NCBI GenBank assembly: GCA_027007615.1
Contig: JALTFB010000031.1
Location: 314-64,313, forward strand
Reading direction: 5' to 3'
From: Candidatus Shapirobacteria bacterium
GTDB taxonomy: Bacteria > Patescibacteriota > Microgenomatia > UBA12405 > UBA6130
Length of the DNA stretch: 64,000 bases
Shown: piece by piece, positions 1 through 9,141 of the stretch
Numbering within the stretch: position 1 is the stretch's first letter
Layout: every line of letters starts with the position of its first letter
Position numbers and translations under genes: made by a program
The notes under the pieces: model-generated
Databases searched by the model: none
The model's input: the letters and a program-made list of their open reading frames with translations, nothing else
Told to the model about the DNA's origin: nothing

Positions 1-759
1 TATCTGGCGCGTTTCTTTAAGCTGAAAATTACCGCTAATCATCGCCTGGCCATTGGCAATCGGCTCTTTGATTTCCGGCGCCATCAAGAGAAAATTGTCC
101 AGAAAAATAGCCAGCCGCCGGCCCACATTTTCCTTGGTAAGTTGGGCAAATTTTTCCGCCCCGGCTTTATTGAAAGTTAAGGCAATATATGGCTTGCCTG
201 TTTGCCTATTAAACTCTACCCGGGCCGATTGCAAATAGGCCCCGGTCAGGCCGGTATCTTTACCAAAGAGCTGCCGCAGGGATGCCGCCTTGGTGGCTTT
301 TTTGCTTTCAAGGCGAAAGTTTAATTGGGCCGTCTGCCCAATCAAGGCAACCGCTTGGCGGGGATTAATATTGCCGGGAATGTCAATTGTAAGCCGGTAA
401 TTGTTGCCTGCTTTTACTTGCCGGACGGCAACTTCGCCAAGCCCAAAAGCATCCACGCGACGATGAATATTGCTTTCCAACGCTTGCCAAGCGCGAGCAC
501 GGTCAGCTGTCGCCACTTTATCCATTTGCGCCTGGAAAACCAAGTGGACACCGCCGGCCAAGTCAAGCCCTTTGCGAAGCTTTTGGGACAAAGAAAAATG
601 CCAAGAACCCAGATGAAAACTTAAATTAGGCTTTTGTAAATGCCAGCTTACATTGCGGCCCAAAAGACGTTTCTCAATGTTAATTTGCCCCGGCCAATCA
701 ATTAATAAGCCGACAACCGTTATGAAAATAATAAGAGCCAAAACCCGGCGAGGAGTCAT
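1..759 (-). CDS. secD: Protein translocase subunit SecD, N-terminal ~253 aa; 5' partial, continues past the window start
   Basis: Minus-strand translation from ATG 759..757 reads MTPRRVLALIIFITVVGLL..GLDLAGGVHLVFQAQ..RLAIFLDNFLLMAPEIKEPIANGQAMISGNFQ, matching the SecD periplasmic domain. Absent from the ORF track because it is truncated by the window edge. The plus-strand ORFs 53..925 are antisense to it. Confidence 0.8.
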   Translation of the reverse strand, partial: MTPRRVLALIIFITVVGLLIDWPGQINIEKRLLGRNVSWHLQKPNLSFHLGSWHFSLSQKLRKGLDLAGGVHLVFQAQMDKVATADRARAWQALESNIHRRVDAFGLGEVAVRQVKAGNNYRLTIDIPGNINPRQAVALIGQTAQLNFRLESKKATKAASLRQLFGKDTGLTGAYLQSARVEFNRQTGKPYIALTFNKAGAEKFAQLTKENVGRRLAIFLDNFLLMAPEIKEPIANGQAMISGNFQLKETRQI

Positions 760-941
760 TTCTTTTCCCAATTTAACAAACTTATTTGGCGCGGCTTGGG
801 AAAACAATAAATTAAGCGCTGTTTATTGTCGTCCACCTTTATCTCCACCTCTTCCCCAAGCTGAATGTTCCACCCCCGGACAATCTGGCCCGGAACAGTC
901 ACGGCAAAACTATGGCCAGTCTTAAAAACTCGCCTTTTCAT
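756..941 (-). CDS. AbrB/MazE/SpoVT-family (swapped-hairpin) DNA-binding protein, antitoxin-like
   Basis: 61 aa, MKRRVFKTGHSFAVTVPGQIVRGWNIQLGEEVEIKVDDNKQRLIY follows the AbrB/MazE pattern. Starts at ATG 941..939. Its TGA stop (758..756) overlaps the secD ATG (759..757) as ATGA. Confidence 0.55.
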   Translation of the reverse strand: MKRRVFKTGHSFAVTVPGQIVRGWNIQLGEEVEIKVDDNKQRLIYCFPKPRQISLLNWEKK

Positions 942-944
942 CGT

Positions 945-1538
945 TTATTTATCCCGAAAAATAAATTCTTCATTGCCTACTAAAACCGCCACGCCCCTAA
1001 GAAGAAAGTTAACCAAAAACGGGTCGCCATTGCCATAACGAAGGCGGAATTCCGACCAATCCATCACCGCATAATTAATTTCTCTGCCACGGCGCTTTTC
1101 TTCGTGGCGAATAATTTTTCCCAATTCCGAAAGGACAACTCTTCCCACTATGATAAGATCGACGCCCTCGGCCGCCGCCGACCAGACTAAGAACTGGTTT
1201 GACGCTAAAACCAAGCGAATACTTCCCAAACGGTCGCGCCTGCCCTGAATTTGCCCGCCTAAACCATAACTGCGTTCCATCAATAACAAAAGGGGATAAA
1301 ACAAAGGATGGCGATAATTCAAGGCAAAGAAAAGGCGATTGCCTCGCTGCTCCGAGTGCAATAGCCCGGTTTTTTCTAATTTAAGGAGTTCGCGCCTAAC
1401 GGCATTTATCTTGCCTTTTATCCGCTTTGTTAACTCCCGAATGTAAAAGGCCTCTCGGGGGCGGGCAAAAAATTCTGCTAGCAACTGGCGGCGAGTATTT
1501 GAAATAAAAAGCGCTGCTAATGTTTTTTTAGGATTCAT
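945..1538 (-). CDS. Winged-helix DNA-binding protein with a C-terminal nucleotidyltransferase-like domain (AbiEi-like architecture); putative regulator
   Basis: 197 aa. N-terminal LLAEFFARPREAFYIRELTKRIKGKINAVRRELLKLEKTGLL reads as wHTH. C-terminal part contains VDLIIVGRV..VLVGNE. Ends 3 nt upstream of the AbrB-like start. Confidence 0.45.
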   Translation of the reverse strand: MNPKKTLAALFISNTRRQLLAEFFARPREAFYIRELTKRIKGKINAVRRELLKLEKTGLLHSEQRGNRLFFALNYRHPLFYPLLLLMERSYGLGGQIQGRRDRLGSIRLVLASNQFLVWSAAAEGVDLIIVGRVVLSELGKIIRHEEKRRGREINYAVMDWSEFRLRYGNGDPFLVNFLLRGVAVLVGNEEFIFRDK

Positions 1539-2718
1539 AATTTATCTTTGTTCCTATGGGCAAGGCTTCTATCCAAATTTGGCCACGGTTAAATTTAATT
1601 TCTTGCCCTCGGTTGTCATAAAAGATGGTACGCTTTTGCCGGGCCGGCTTCCTCCAACTAGCCTTGATTATGCGCCCATCTTCCAGGACAACCGCCTTGC
1701 CTCGGCCGATAGTGCCGTAAAGCATATGCATATGCCCATCTACAGGCCCTATTTGTTTTACAAATTGCAAAACAATTGTTTTGGCTGTAAGCTGTTTGCC
1801 TGTTGAAAAATCAATTTGCGGGCTGCCGCCATTCTCACGCCGATAATCATTAGCCGCTGGATCGTACTGCCAACCTACCCGATAAGCATTATATCCGGGC
1901 CAAAAATAAAAACTGGCTTTTTTCATTTGCGGAGGGTTGGCCTTTTGATCGTTCTTGAATTTCCAAGGCCGGAAATAGTCTTTATCCCAGCCGGCTAAAT
2001 TACGTTTTGCCGCCAAATCCCAAAGAGCTCGGGTATTGCAATACATTGTGTGCTCCGTAGCCCGCAACCGGCCATCTCTCTCCGGTTCCCGCCGGCATTG
2101 GCGGTACCTTAAAGCAAATTGGTTCATATCGGAATGGTGCTTGGGCGACAGCCAACCATAACGATCGATTTGCTCCAAAGCTTGAGCGCGCGGATCACTG
2201 GTACAGCGCCCCCCCGAAGGAGCACTGCAATTGGCCCCGCCAACATGATTATAAAGAGGATAGGCGGAGTATTCCGAAGCCCAATCGAGAAAATAGGTCC
2301 GCGCCGAACGCACCGGGCCAACATCATAGGTCCGTGACACTTGTTTAGCGGCACGGCAATAATACACTCCCATAAAACGAGTAATACCCCCCTCCGCTAC
2401 CGCCTCGTAAACAACATCCGCCCTCGACAGCCCCGATTGAGGCCGGGCTTGCTTATGGTTTTCAATCATTACCAATAGGGGGCGCCTCTTCTGCCAAATT
2501 TGCTGTTGGGCTTTAGTAAAATATTCTCCATTTAAAGGGCAAGCTTGGTCGCGGGGACCGGAAAACCGGATTACTCCTTTATTAACAGTTTTGTTGTCAG
2601 CCAAAGGTTGGACTACGCTTGCTTGAGAAACAAAATGCGAAAAACCCCAAAAAGCCAAGCCCGCCGCCAACAAATAACTCCCGAAATAAGGTAATAATAA
2701 AAATAATTTGCGCTTCAT
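1528..2718 (-). CDS. DUF3048 (YerB-like) secreted/lipoprotein-family protein
   Basis: 396 aa. N-terminal hydrophobic signal. RPLLVMIENHKQARPQSGLSRADVVYEAVAEGGITRFMGVYY is typical of DUF3048. ATG at 2718. Confidence 0.6.
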   Translation of the reverse strand: MKRKLFLLLPYFGSYLLAAGLAFWGFSHFVSQASVVQPLADNKTVNKGVIRFSGPRDQACPLNGEYFTKAQQQIWQKRRPLLVMIENHKQARPQSGLSRADVVYEAVAEGGITRFMGVYYCRAAKQVSRTYDVGPVRSARTYFLDWASEYSAYPLYNHVGGANCSAPSGGRCTSDPRAQALEQIDRYGWLSPKHHSDMNQFALRYRQCRREPERDGRLRATEHTMYCNTRALWDLAAKRNLAGWDKDYFRPWKFKNDQKANPPQMKKASFYFWPGYNAYRVGWQYDPAANDYRRENGGSPQIDFSTGKQLTAKTIVLQFVKQIGPVDGHMHMLYGTIGRGKAVVLEDGRIIKASWRKPARQKRTIFYDNRGQEIKFNRGQIWIEALPIGTKINYES

Positions 2719-3200
2719 TCTTCTTTCTCCTTTAAGGCATTTTTAACTGCTAATTTTTCTTCTTTTGATAAAGCTTGCCCTTTCTTGGACATCTTTTCCT
2801 GGATAATTTTAGCATATATGCGCGTTCCTGTCCGACTATGAAAAGACGTTAAAACCAATCCTTTGCCTAAATTATTCATCAGCGCCAATGCAAAGCTCTG
2901 CTGGCCTCCGGTTTCGCTAAAAGGGTTAAATTTCATCATCCCCACTCGGCTGAACCGCCGCTGCTGCTTTTCCTGAATATCGGCCAGTTGCTTCTTAATC
3001 AAACTTATCTCTTTTTCGTCAGCGGTGATTTTTGCCAATAGCTTATCTAGAATATCCTTCAAGCTGCCTTCTTTAACCGCCGCCAAGCGTTGGTAATGTG
3101 ATGACAAGCGCCAGAAGGACCGGATTAAAAAAATAACCAGCACAAAGGAAAAGCCCGCTAGAAAAAGAGTGGCATAAAATAGAACTTTATTCTCAACCAT
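2715..3200 (-). CDS. DUF4446 family membrane protein
   Basis: N-terminal TM helix and FNPFSETGGQQSFALALMNNLGKGLVLTSFHSRTGTRIYAK motif. The track ORF starts at TTG 3236; the internal ATG at 3200 (MVENKVLFYATLF...) is the more likely start. Confidence 0.55.
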   Translation of the reverse strand: MVENKVLFYATLFLAGFSFVLVIFLIRSFWRLSSHYQRLAAVKEGSLKDILDKLLAKITADEKEISLIKKQLADIQEKQQRRFSRVGMMKFNPFSETGGQQSFALALMNNLGKGLVLTSFHSRTGTRIYAKIIQEKMSKKGQALSKEEKLAVKNALKEKEE

Positions 3201-3264
3201 AATTAATTTTAACACGAAAAAGCCCGCCCCTATCAAGAGCGAGCTTTTTCAACGCTGTCGTTCT

Positions 3265-3411
3265 TCAGGCTCCCAAAATTTTAAACATTTTGGTTCCGCA
3301 GACGGGACAAACCGCCCGAGCAGCCCGACGGCCATTCTTAAGAGTAACGTTTTCGACTTCGCTATCCGCAACGTCTACTTTTTTACGACATTTAACACAG
3401 TAAAACATCAT
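3265..3411 (-). CDS. Small zinc-ribbon protein (DUF5679-like), 48 aa; absent from the ORF track
   Basis: Minus-strand ATG 3411..3409, TGA stop 3267..3265, translating MMFYCVKCRKKVDVADSEVENVTLKNGRRAARAVCPVCGTKMFKILGA. It has two CxxC pairs and fills an otherwise empty gap. Confidence 0.45.
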   Translation of the reverse strand: MMFYCVKCRKKVDVADSEVENVTLKNGRRAARAVCPVCGTKMFKILGA

Positions 3412-3462
3412 TTTCCTGCTCACCCCCTTTCGGGCAGGAGGATATATTGAGCAAATTACCTC

Positions 3463-3762
3463 CTAATACCATTTCCAATATAGCACAAGTTCAATTAAGA
3501 TTGCAACGCCTGCCCAAAAAAGGCTGAAGAATAAGTCTCGTTTTATAGCTATCAATTGGTTTTTATCGGTGAATGCCGGCATCATCTTTTCTTCGTTTTT
3601 AATTTTAGTTTCCCCTTCGTCACTTATGGTTTTTTTCTGGCTTTTTTTCTCTATCCTATCTTCTCTCGCGTCTTCCCTCGCGGCAATTTTTTGCCAATGG
3701 CGCCAGCTCTTTTCTTTCCGACGGCGGGTTTTATGTCGATTCCCCATAGCTAATTTTACCAT
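3463..3762 (-). CDS. Hypothetical Lys/Arg/Glu-rich protein with a C-terminal TM helix (tail-anchored)
   Basis: 99 aa ORF starting 7 nt inside the comM stop. Highly charged N-terminal part, C-terminal LFFSLFWAGVAILIELVLYWKWY. No recognisable family. Confidence 0.3.
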   Translation of the reverse strand: MVKLAMGNRHKTRRRKEKSWRHWQKIAAREDAREDRIEKKSQKKTISDEGETKIKNEEKMMPAFTDKNQLIAIKRDLFFSLFWAGVAILIELVLYWKWY

Positions 3763-5309
3763 TTTTCCAAATTAAGGCGGTATTGTAAAGCTTCGGCAAC
3801 AAAAGGCATGGCGACTTCGTTCTCATTGGCCAAATCAGCAATCGTTTGGGCGATTTTTAACACTTTAAAATAGGCCCTTGCCGAAAGACTCATCTTTTGC
3901 GCTGCCTGATTTAGAAAGGCGGAGGCCTCGCTGTTTACTTTTATTAAATCACGCACATCTTTGCTGCCCATCTCTGCATTAGCCTGAAAAAACAATTTTC
4001 TCTTGGCAAAGCGCTGGCGCTGGCGCCGGCGCGCTTTTTCTACCCTTTGCCTAATGGCGGCCGAACTTTCATTCTGGCTATCGCGCAACGATGCCGTTAG
4101 CTTTTTAATTTTAACCGGCGGGACAACTATTTGGATGTCTATTCTGTCCATAATGGGTCCGGAAAGCTTCTTACGATAGCGGGCGATTTGGCCCGGCGAA
4201 CAGCGGCAAGCAACCGTCGGGTGTCCCAAATACCCGCAAGGGCAAGGATTAGAGGCAGCCACCAAAAGAAATTTGGAAATGAAAGTGGCGCTGCCGGCAG
4301 CTCGAGAAATGCGCACTTGGCCATCTTCCAACGGTTGGCGCAAAGCCTCTAAAACACTGCGGGGAAATTCAGCAAATTCATCTAGGAAAAGAATGCCGCG
4401 ATGAGCCAAACTAACCTCGCCCGGCTGCAACTTAGCTCCACCCCCGACTAAACCCACTCGGCTGATAGTATGGTGCGGCGCGCAAAAGGGGCGGCGGCGA
4501 ATTATTGATTCCCCCGGCGTCAGGTTGCCGGTTACCGAATAAATGCGCGTTACCTCCAAAGCTTCTTGCGGCGTTAGCGATGGCATAATGCCCGGCATTG
4601 CTCGCGCCAGCATCGTTTTACCGGCGCCGGGGCTTCCCAAAAGAAAAATATTATGCCCGCCGGCGGCGGCAATTTCCAAGGCCCGGCGGGCCTGGTATTG
4701 GCCCACTATTTGGGCCATATCAAATTCCGCTTTAGCCGCAGATAATAACGAAGCTACGTTAATATTGTTCAGGGGCGCAATTTTGCCCCGGCCGCTAAGA
4801 AAAGCTACTAATTCCATTAAGTTGGCCACTGGATAAACATCCAAACCGCTAAAACAGGCTGCCTCCGCCGCCGCCGACCGAGGGACAAAAAGCCGCCGGA
4901 AATTGTTTTTATGGGCAAAATCTGCCAATAAAAATACCCCCCGGGTATGGCGCAAAGACCCGTCCAACGAAAGTTCCCCGAAAAACAAGCTATTCTTAAG
5001 CAAATTGCTGCGGAAACGAGCGGATTCCGAAGCCATTAGAATAGCAATCGCAATTGGCAAATCGTAAAATGAGCCCTCTTTGGCAACATCGGCAGGGGCA
5101 AGATTTATGGTAATTTTCGTGCGGCTGGGGAATTGTATGCCTGAATTATCGATAGCCACCCGGACCCGTTCACGCGCTTCATCCACTGCCTTGCTAGCCA
5201 AGCCAACAATATTAAAGGAAGGGAAAGCCCGTTTAACTATTTCCACTTCCACCTCTATTTTTATCGTTTCCAAGCCCCGATGGGCTACCGAGTACACTTT
5301 TGCCAACAT
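3756..5309 (-). CDS. comM: YifB/ComM family Mg-chelatase-like AAA+ ATPase
   Basis: Walker A GSPGAGKTMLARA, C-terminal ComM-type domain. The track ORF begins at TTG 5345; the canonical N-terminus MLAKVYSVA.. begins at ATG 5309. Confidence 0.85.
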   Translation of the reverse strand: MLAKVYSVAHRGLETIKIEVEVEIVKRAFPSFNIVGLASKAVDEARERVRVAIDNSGIQFPSRTKITINLAPADVAKEGSFYDLPIAIAILMASESARFRSNLLKNSLFFGELSLDGSLRHTRGVFLLADFAHKNNFRRLFVPRSAAAEAACFSGLDVYPVANLMELVAFLSGRGKIAPLNNINVASLLSAAKAEFDMAQIVGQYQARRALEIAAAGGHNIFLLGSPGAGKTMLARAMPGIMPSLTPQEALEVTRIYSVTGNLTPGESIIRRRPFCAPHHTISRVGLVGGGAKLQPGEVSLAHRGILFLDEFAEFPRSVLEALRQPLEDGQVRISRAAGSATFISKFLLVAASNPCPCGYLGHPTVACRCSPGQIARYRKKLSGPIMDRIDIQIVVPPVKIKKLTASLRDSQNESSAAIRQRVEKARRRQRQRFAKRKLFFQANAEMGSKDVRDLIKVNSEASAFLNQAAQKMSLSARAYFKVLKIAQTIADLANENEVAMPFVAEALQYRLNLEKW

Positions 5310-5406
5310 TAGTCCCATTCTGACGGAAAAATACCAGCCGGTCAAGATTATGCCGCCGGCCGGAGTAAAACTTTACTTTGCCATCCGGTATTTTCTATAA
5401 TTTGCC

Positions 5407-6018
5407 ATGGCCCTGAAAGATTTCTTTAACCAACGCTACCAGCAGAGTAACAATATCTTCGGCACCGAGCCTATTGATATTGTAGCCAAAGCGGCCAAAC
5501 TGCTGCCCAAAAACGCCAAGGTTATTGAGTTGGGCGTAGGCGAAGGCCGCAACGCCCTCTACTTGGCCCGCCGCGGTCACAGCGTGCTGGGCATTGACAA
5601 TGCGGCGGCGGCTATTGAAAACTTGAGAAATAGCCTAAAAAAGGAAAATCTAAAGATGGAAACCATCGTTACCGACGCAAGCCAATACCGGTTCAAACAA
5701 AAATTTGACCTCATTATCGCCACCGGCCTGCTCCATTTCTTACCGCCCGATGTTGGCAACAGCCTAATCGCCCGCATAAAAAAAGCCACTAAAGATGGCG
5801 GGCTTAACCTTATCGCCACCCTGGCCAGCGACCATCCCCGCCGCAAGATGCCCCATATTTATAAAAACCAGGAACTTAAAAGGCTCTATCAGGATTGGGA
5901 AATTATCATTTACGAGGAAGTTGCCGGCCATTTCCACGGCATGGCTATTAACCCCCAATTCCAACCGCCAAAAGTAGCCAAACTGTTAGCCAGAAAGCCT
6001 GCCCCCTTAAAACCATAA
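5407..6018 (+). CDS. Class I SAM-dependent methyltransferase, TehB-like
   Basis: 203 aa. SAM-binding VIELGVGEGRNALYLARRGHSVLGIDN. Overall TehB-like arrangement. Confidence 0.65.
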   Translation: MALKDFFNQRYQQSNNIFGTEPIDIVAKAAKLLPKNAKVIELGVGEGRNALYLARRGHSVLGIDNAAAAIENLRNSLKKENLKMETIVTDASQYRFKQKFDLIIATGLLHFLPPDVGNSLIARIKKATKDGGLNLIATLASDHPRRKMPHIYKNQELKRLYQDWEIIIYEEVAGHFHGMAINPQFQPPKVAKLLARKPAPLKP

Positions 6019-6055
6019 TTGCCATATGCAGAAACCAACGCCGCCGGGCCTTTTT

Positions 6056-6064
6056 TGCTATAAT
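6056..6064 (+). promoter_or_regulatory. Candidate extended -10 promoter element (TGcTATAAT) ~10 nt upstream of tRNA-Arg
   Basis: TG at 6056-6057, TATAAT at 6059..6064, T-rich tract just upstream. No clear -35. Confidence 0.3.
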
Positions 6065-6073
6065 TCAATAAAT

Positions 6074-6146
6074 GTCCCCGTAGCTTAATTGGACAGAGCG
6101 CCGGCCTCCGGAGCCGGATATGAGGGTTCAAGTCCCCCCGGGGACA
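6074..6146 (+). tRNA. tRNA-Arg (anticodon CCG)
   Basis: Hand-folded cloverleaf. Acceptor GTCCCCG/CGGGGAC. Anticodon stem CCGGC/GCCGG with loop CTCCGGA gives anticodon CCG. T-loop TTCAAGT. Discriminator A, no encoded CCA. Confidence 0.8.
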
Positions 6147-6163
6147 CTCAAGGCAATAACACC

Positions 6164-7945
6164 ATGGATCAAATTGAAGAGATAAAATCTAAGATTGATA
6201 TCGTTGACTTGATCGGCGAGTATGTTTCGCTTAAAAAAGCCGGCCGTAACTTCAAGGCTCTCTGCCCTTTTCACCACGAAAAAACGCCCTCTTTTATTGT
6301 TTCCCCCGAATTGCAAATCTTCAAATGCTTCGGCTGCGGAGCTAGCGGTGACATTATCAAATTTTTACAACTTTATGAGAAAATGGATTTTTGGGAAGCT
6401 GTTGAATTTCTGGCTAAACGAGCCGGGGTTAAACTCCAGCAGCATCAGTACAACCCCGAAGAGGAAGTCCGCCGGCAAATTTACGGGCTTAACCAAATTG
6501 CCGCCCAATTTTATCATTTTCTGCTCCTCCGCCATCCTCTCGGCCAGCCGGCCCGCCAATACTTGAAAAGCCGCGGCATTAATGCCGATACTATAGAAAA
6601 ATTTCAACTTGGGTTCTCGCCTCTCCAGGGCACCGCCCTCACCCAATATCTTCTTAAAAAAAAGGGTTTTCGCCCCCAAGAGCTCCAACAAAGCGGCATT
6701 TTCTTTCAGCTAAAGCAACCCCTTAATGGCTACCGCCTTTTTGATCGTTTCCATGGGCGCATTGTTTTCCCCCTCTATGACCACCGCGGCAATATCACCA
6801 GCTTTTCCGGCCGGCTTATCCCCAGTTTATTGAGCAAAGAAAACGAACGGGGAAAATATATCAATGGGCCGGAAACAGCCGCCTACCATAAATCACACCA
6901 TCTTTTCGGCCTTTACTTTAGTCGCGATTTTATCCGCCGGGAAAAAAGCATCATTTTGGTAGAAGGAGAATTTGACTACCTTTCCAGCTGGCAGGCAGGA
7001 GTTCGCAATTTAGCCGCCGTTAAGGGAACGGCTTTTACTTTAGAACAAATTAAACTTCTGCGGCGCTTCACCGGCAAATTAAAACTGGCTCTTGACAGTG
7101 ATTTTGCCGGAGAGCAAGCTGCCCTGCGAAGCATAAACCTAGCGGAAAACGAAGGTTTGGAAGTAAGCGTCGTTTCCTTGCCTCCGCCATTCAAAGACCC
7201 CGATGAGTTAGCTGAAAAAAAACCTCGGGCGTGGCAAAAAGCAGTGGAAAAGACTATCCCCGTTTGGGACTTTGTTATCCAATCCGCTTTAAAACGGTTC
7301 GCGCCTTTAAATCCCCAAGCGAAAAAGAACATTTTAGCCGCCACTTTGCCGTTTTTGCGCCAAATTGGCAATGAAGTTGTCAGGTTGGATTATTACCATA
7401 AATTGGCCTTAGCATTGGAAACCAACGTCGAGGCTGTAATCATCGAAGCCAATAAACAAATTCCCGCTGCCAATAGCGTCTTGGTCCCCGGGGCTTCCCC
7501 GCCAAAACTCCCCGTTGACCGCGCTACCCTTCTAGAAGACTATATCCTTTCTCTAGTCATCCTTAGCCGCCATCCGCATAAATATCATTTTCGGCCAGCG
7601 ACATTCTTCGCCAAACGCGTTTACCAACTTTTGCAAGATTATTTGAGCAAAACCCGAAAAAACAAATTCAATACCACTCTATTTATCAAAACTCTTCCCC
7701 GCGAGCTGCAAGATAAGTTACAAGAGCTTATCTTGCGTTGGAGCGAAAACCTGCCTGGCAGCATTGCAAAAGAGATAGAACAAACGAAACAAGAACTCGA
7801 AAAAATACGGCTTCACCAAAAGCTTAAAAAAATAGGCCAACAAATCGCCCAAGCGGAACAAAAGCAAGGAGTTGGCCTTGGCCTATTGGGAAAAAAGTTC
7901 CAAAAAATCAGCCGGCGGCTAATTGCATTAGAAAAGCGAAAATGA
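6164..7945 (+). CDS. dnaG: DNA primase
   Basis: Zinc-finger CPFHHEKTPSF..CFGCG, TOPRIM core ILVEGEFDYLS. Start moved to ATG 6164 (MDQIEE..); the track ORF start at 6089 would overlap the tRNA. Confidence 0.9.
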   Translation: MDQIEEIKSKIDIVDLIGEYVSLKKAGRNFKALCPFHHEKTPSFIVSPELQIFKCFGCGASGDIIKFLQLYEKMDFWEAVEFLAKRAGVKLQQHQYNPEEEVRRQIYGLNQIAAQFYHFLLLRHPLGQPARQYLKSRGINADTIEKFQLGFSPLQGTALTQYLLKKKGFRPQELQQSGIFFQLKQPLNGYRLFDRFHGRIVFPLYDHRGNITSFSGRLIPSLLSKENERGKYINGPETAAYHKSHHLFGLYFSRDFIRREKSIILVEGEFDYLSSWQAGVRNLAAVKGTAFTLEQIKLLRRFTGKLKLALDSDFAGEQAALRSINLAENEGLEVSVVSLPPPFKDPDELAEKKPRAWQKAVEKTIPVWDFVIQSALKRFAPLNPQAKKNILAATLPFLRQIGNEVVRLDYYHKLALALETNVEAVIIEANKQIPAANSVLVPGASPPKLPVDRATLLEDYILSLVILSRHPHKYHFRPATFFAKRVYQLLQDYLSKTRKNKFNTTLFIKTLPRELQDKLQELILRWSENLPGSIAKEIEQTKQELEKIRLHQKLKKIGQQIAQAEQKQGVGLGLLGKKFQKISRRLIALEKRK

Positions 7946-7963
7946 TAGAATAATCCTAAATCA

Positions 7964-9052
7964 ATGCCTCAAAAAAATTCCTTTGTAAAAGTACGGAAGC
8001 AGCTTTTGTCTCTGGGCAGAAAACAAGGTTTTCTAACCCAGGATATTATTCTGGAAAAAATCCCCGAACCGCAAAAATACGCCCAAGAGCTTGACTCTCT
8101 TTACGACGCTTTGTTTAAAAAAAACATTGATGTTTTCGAAGGCGTTAATCTTAGCGACCTGAAAGAAGGAGAAGCTGGTAAAAACATTCACATTAACGCT
8201 TTAAGTTACCTTGCCGGGCGCAATTCTTCTACAGATCCGGTGAGAATGTATCTGCGAGAAATTGGTAAAGTTCCTTTGCTTACCGCCGCCGAAGAAGTAA
8301 AATTAGCCCAAGAAATTGAACGCCGGTCGGAAGAAGCGCGGGCGAAATTAATCGAAGCGAATTTGCGGCTGGTGGTATCAATCGCTAAAAAATACATTGG
8401 GCGGGGGCTTTCTTTTCTCGACTTGATTCAAGAAGGCAATCAGGGGCTGATGAAAGCCGTGGAAAAATTTGACTGGCGGCGCGGCTTCAAATTTTCCACT
8501 TACGCTACCTGGTGGATTCGCCAGGCAATTACTCGCGCCATTGCCGACCAGGCGCGGACTATTCGCATCCCCGTCCATATGGTAGAAACAATGAATAAGG
8601 TTTTCAAAGCCTCGCGGCAGCTTTCGCAAAAATTAGGCCGGGAGCCAAAACCGGAAGAAATTGCCCAGGCCGCCGAATTGCCAATAGAGAAAATCCATGA
8701 AATCTTCCGCATTTCCCAGGGGACAACCTCTTTAGCTGCTCCCGTCGGCGAAGAAAAAGATTCATTCTTGGGAGATTTTATCGAGGATGCTTCCTCTCCT
8801 TCTCCTTATGAAGAAACGTCCAAAGAGCTTCTTAAGGAGTCTCTGCGCGAAGTCTTAAAAAGTCTGGAACCAAGAGAAGCCGAGGTGCTGGAAATGCGCT
8901 TCGGGCTTAGTGGCGAACCTCCTAAAACTCTCGAGGAGGTCGGCGGGCGATTCCACGTTACCCGCGAGCGCATCCGCCAAATAGAAGCCAAAGCCCTTAG
9001 AAAATTACGCCACCCTTCCCGCCGCCGCGCCCTTAAAGATTACTTAGCCTAA
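7964..9052 (+). CDS. rpoD: RNA polymerase sigma-70 factor
   Basis: Region 1.2 [11 protein letters not shown]. Region 2 ..[16 protein letters not shown]. Region 4 [28 protein letters not shown]. Lies 18 nt after dnaG. Confidence 0.9.
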   Translation: MPQKNSFVKVRKQLLSLGRKQGFLTQDIILEKIPEPQKYAQELDSLYDALFKKNIDVFEGVNLSDLKEGEAGKNIHINALSYLAGRNSSTDPVRMYLREIGKVPLLTAAEEVKLAQEIERRSEEARAKLIEANLRLVVSIAKKYIGRGLSFLDLIQEGNQGLMKAVEKFDWRRGFKFSTYATWWIRQAITRAIADQARTIRIPVHMVETMNKVFKASRQLSQKLGREPKPEEIAQAAELPIEKIHEIFRISQGTTSLAAPVGEEKDSFLGDFIEDASSPSPYEETSKELLKESLREVLKSLEPREAEVLEMRFGLSGEPPKTLEEVGGRFHVTRERIRQIEAKALRKLRHPSRRRALKDYLA

Positions 9053-9104
9053 AAAATTAAAATCAGTAACTCTTCGCTTTCAGATTTTGCAACATCAAAT
9101 TTCC

Positions 9105-9134
9105 AAATATCTAATTACTAATTAGATATTTTTG
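9105..9134. terminator. Bidirectional intrinsic terminator hairpin between convergent rpoD and HD gene
   Basis: Perfect 12-bp AT-rich inverted repeat AAATATCTAATT-ACTA-AATTAGATATTT followed by T-run. Confidence 0.45.
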
Positions 9135-9141
9135 CCGCGGC

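Noticed and set aside
53-925. Three plus-strand ORFs (61, 99, 90 aa)
   Set aside because: They are antisense to the clearly homologous secD and AbrB-like genes and have no recognisable domains.
5310-5345. TTG-initiated 12-codon extension of comM, and similar track extensions for map, adk, rplE, rplC, rpsG, fusA, tuf and pnp
   Set aside because: The ORF track opens ORFs at the most upstream ATG/TTG/GTG. Conserved N-termini and neighbouring-gene boundaries place the true starts at internal codons.
6019-6055. Possible terminator for the methyltransferase gene (GC-rich CGCCGCCGGGCC followed by TTTTTT)
   Set aside because: No clean inverted repeat could be drawn by eye. Only the T-run is convincing.
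6089-6163. N-terminal 25-codon extension of the dnaG ORF
   Set aside because: It would run through tRNA-Arg. The conserved primase N-terminus begins at ATG 6164.
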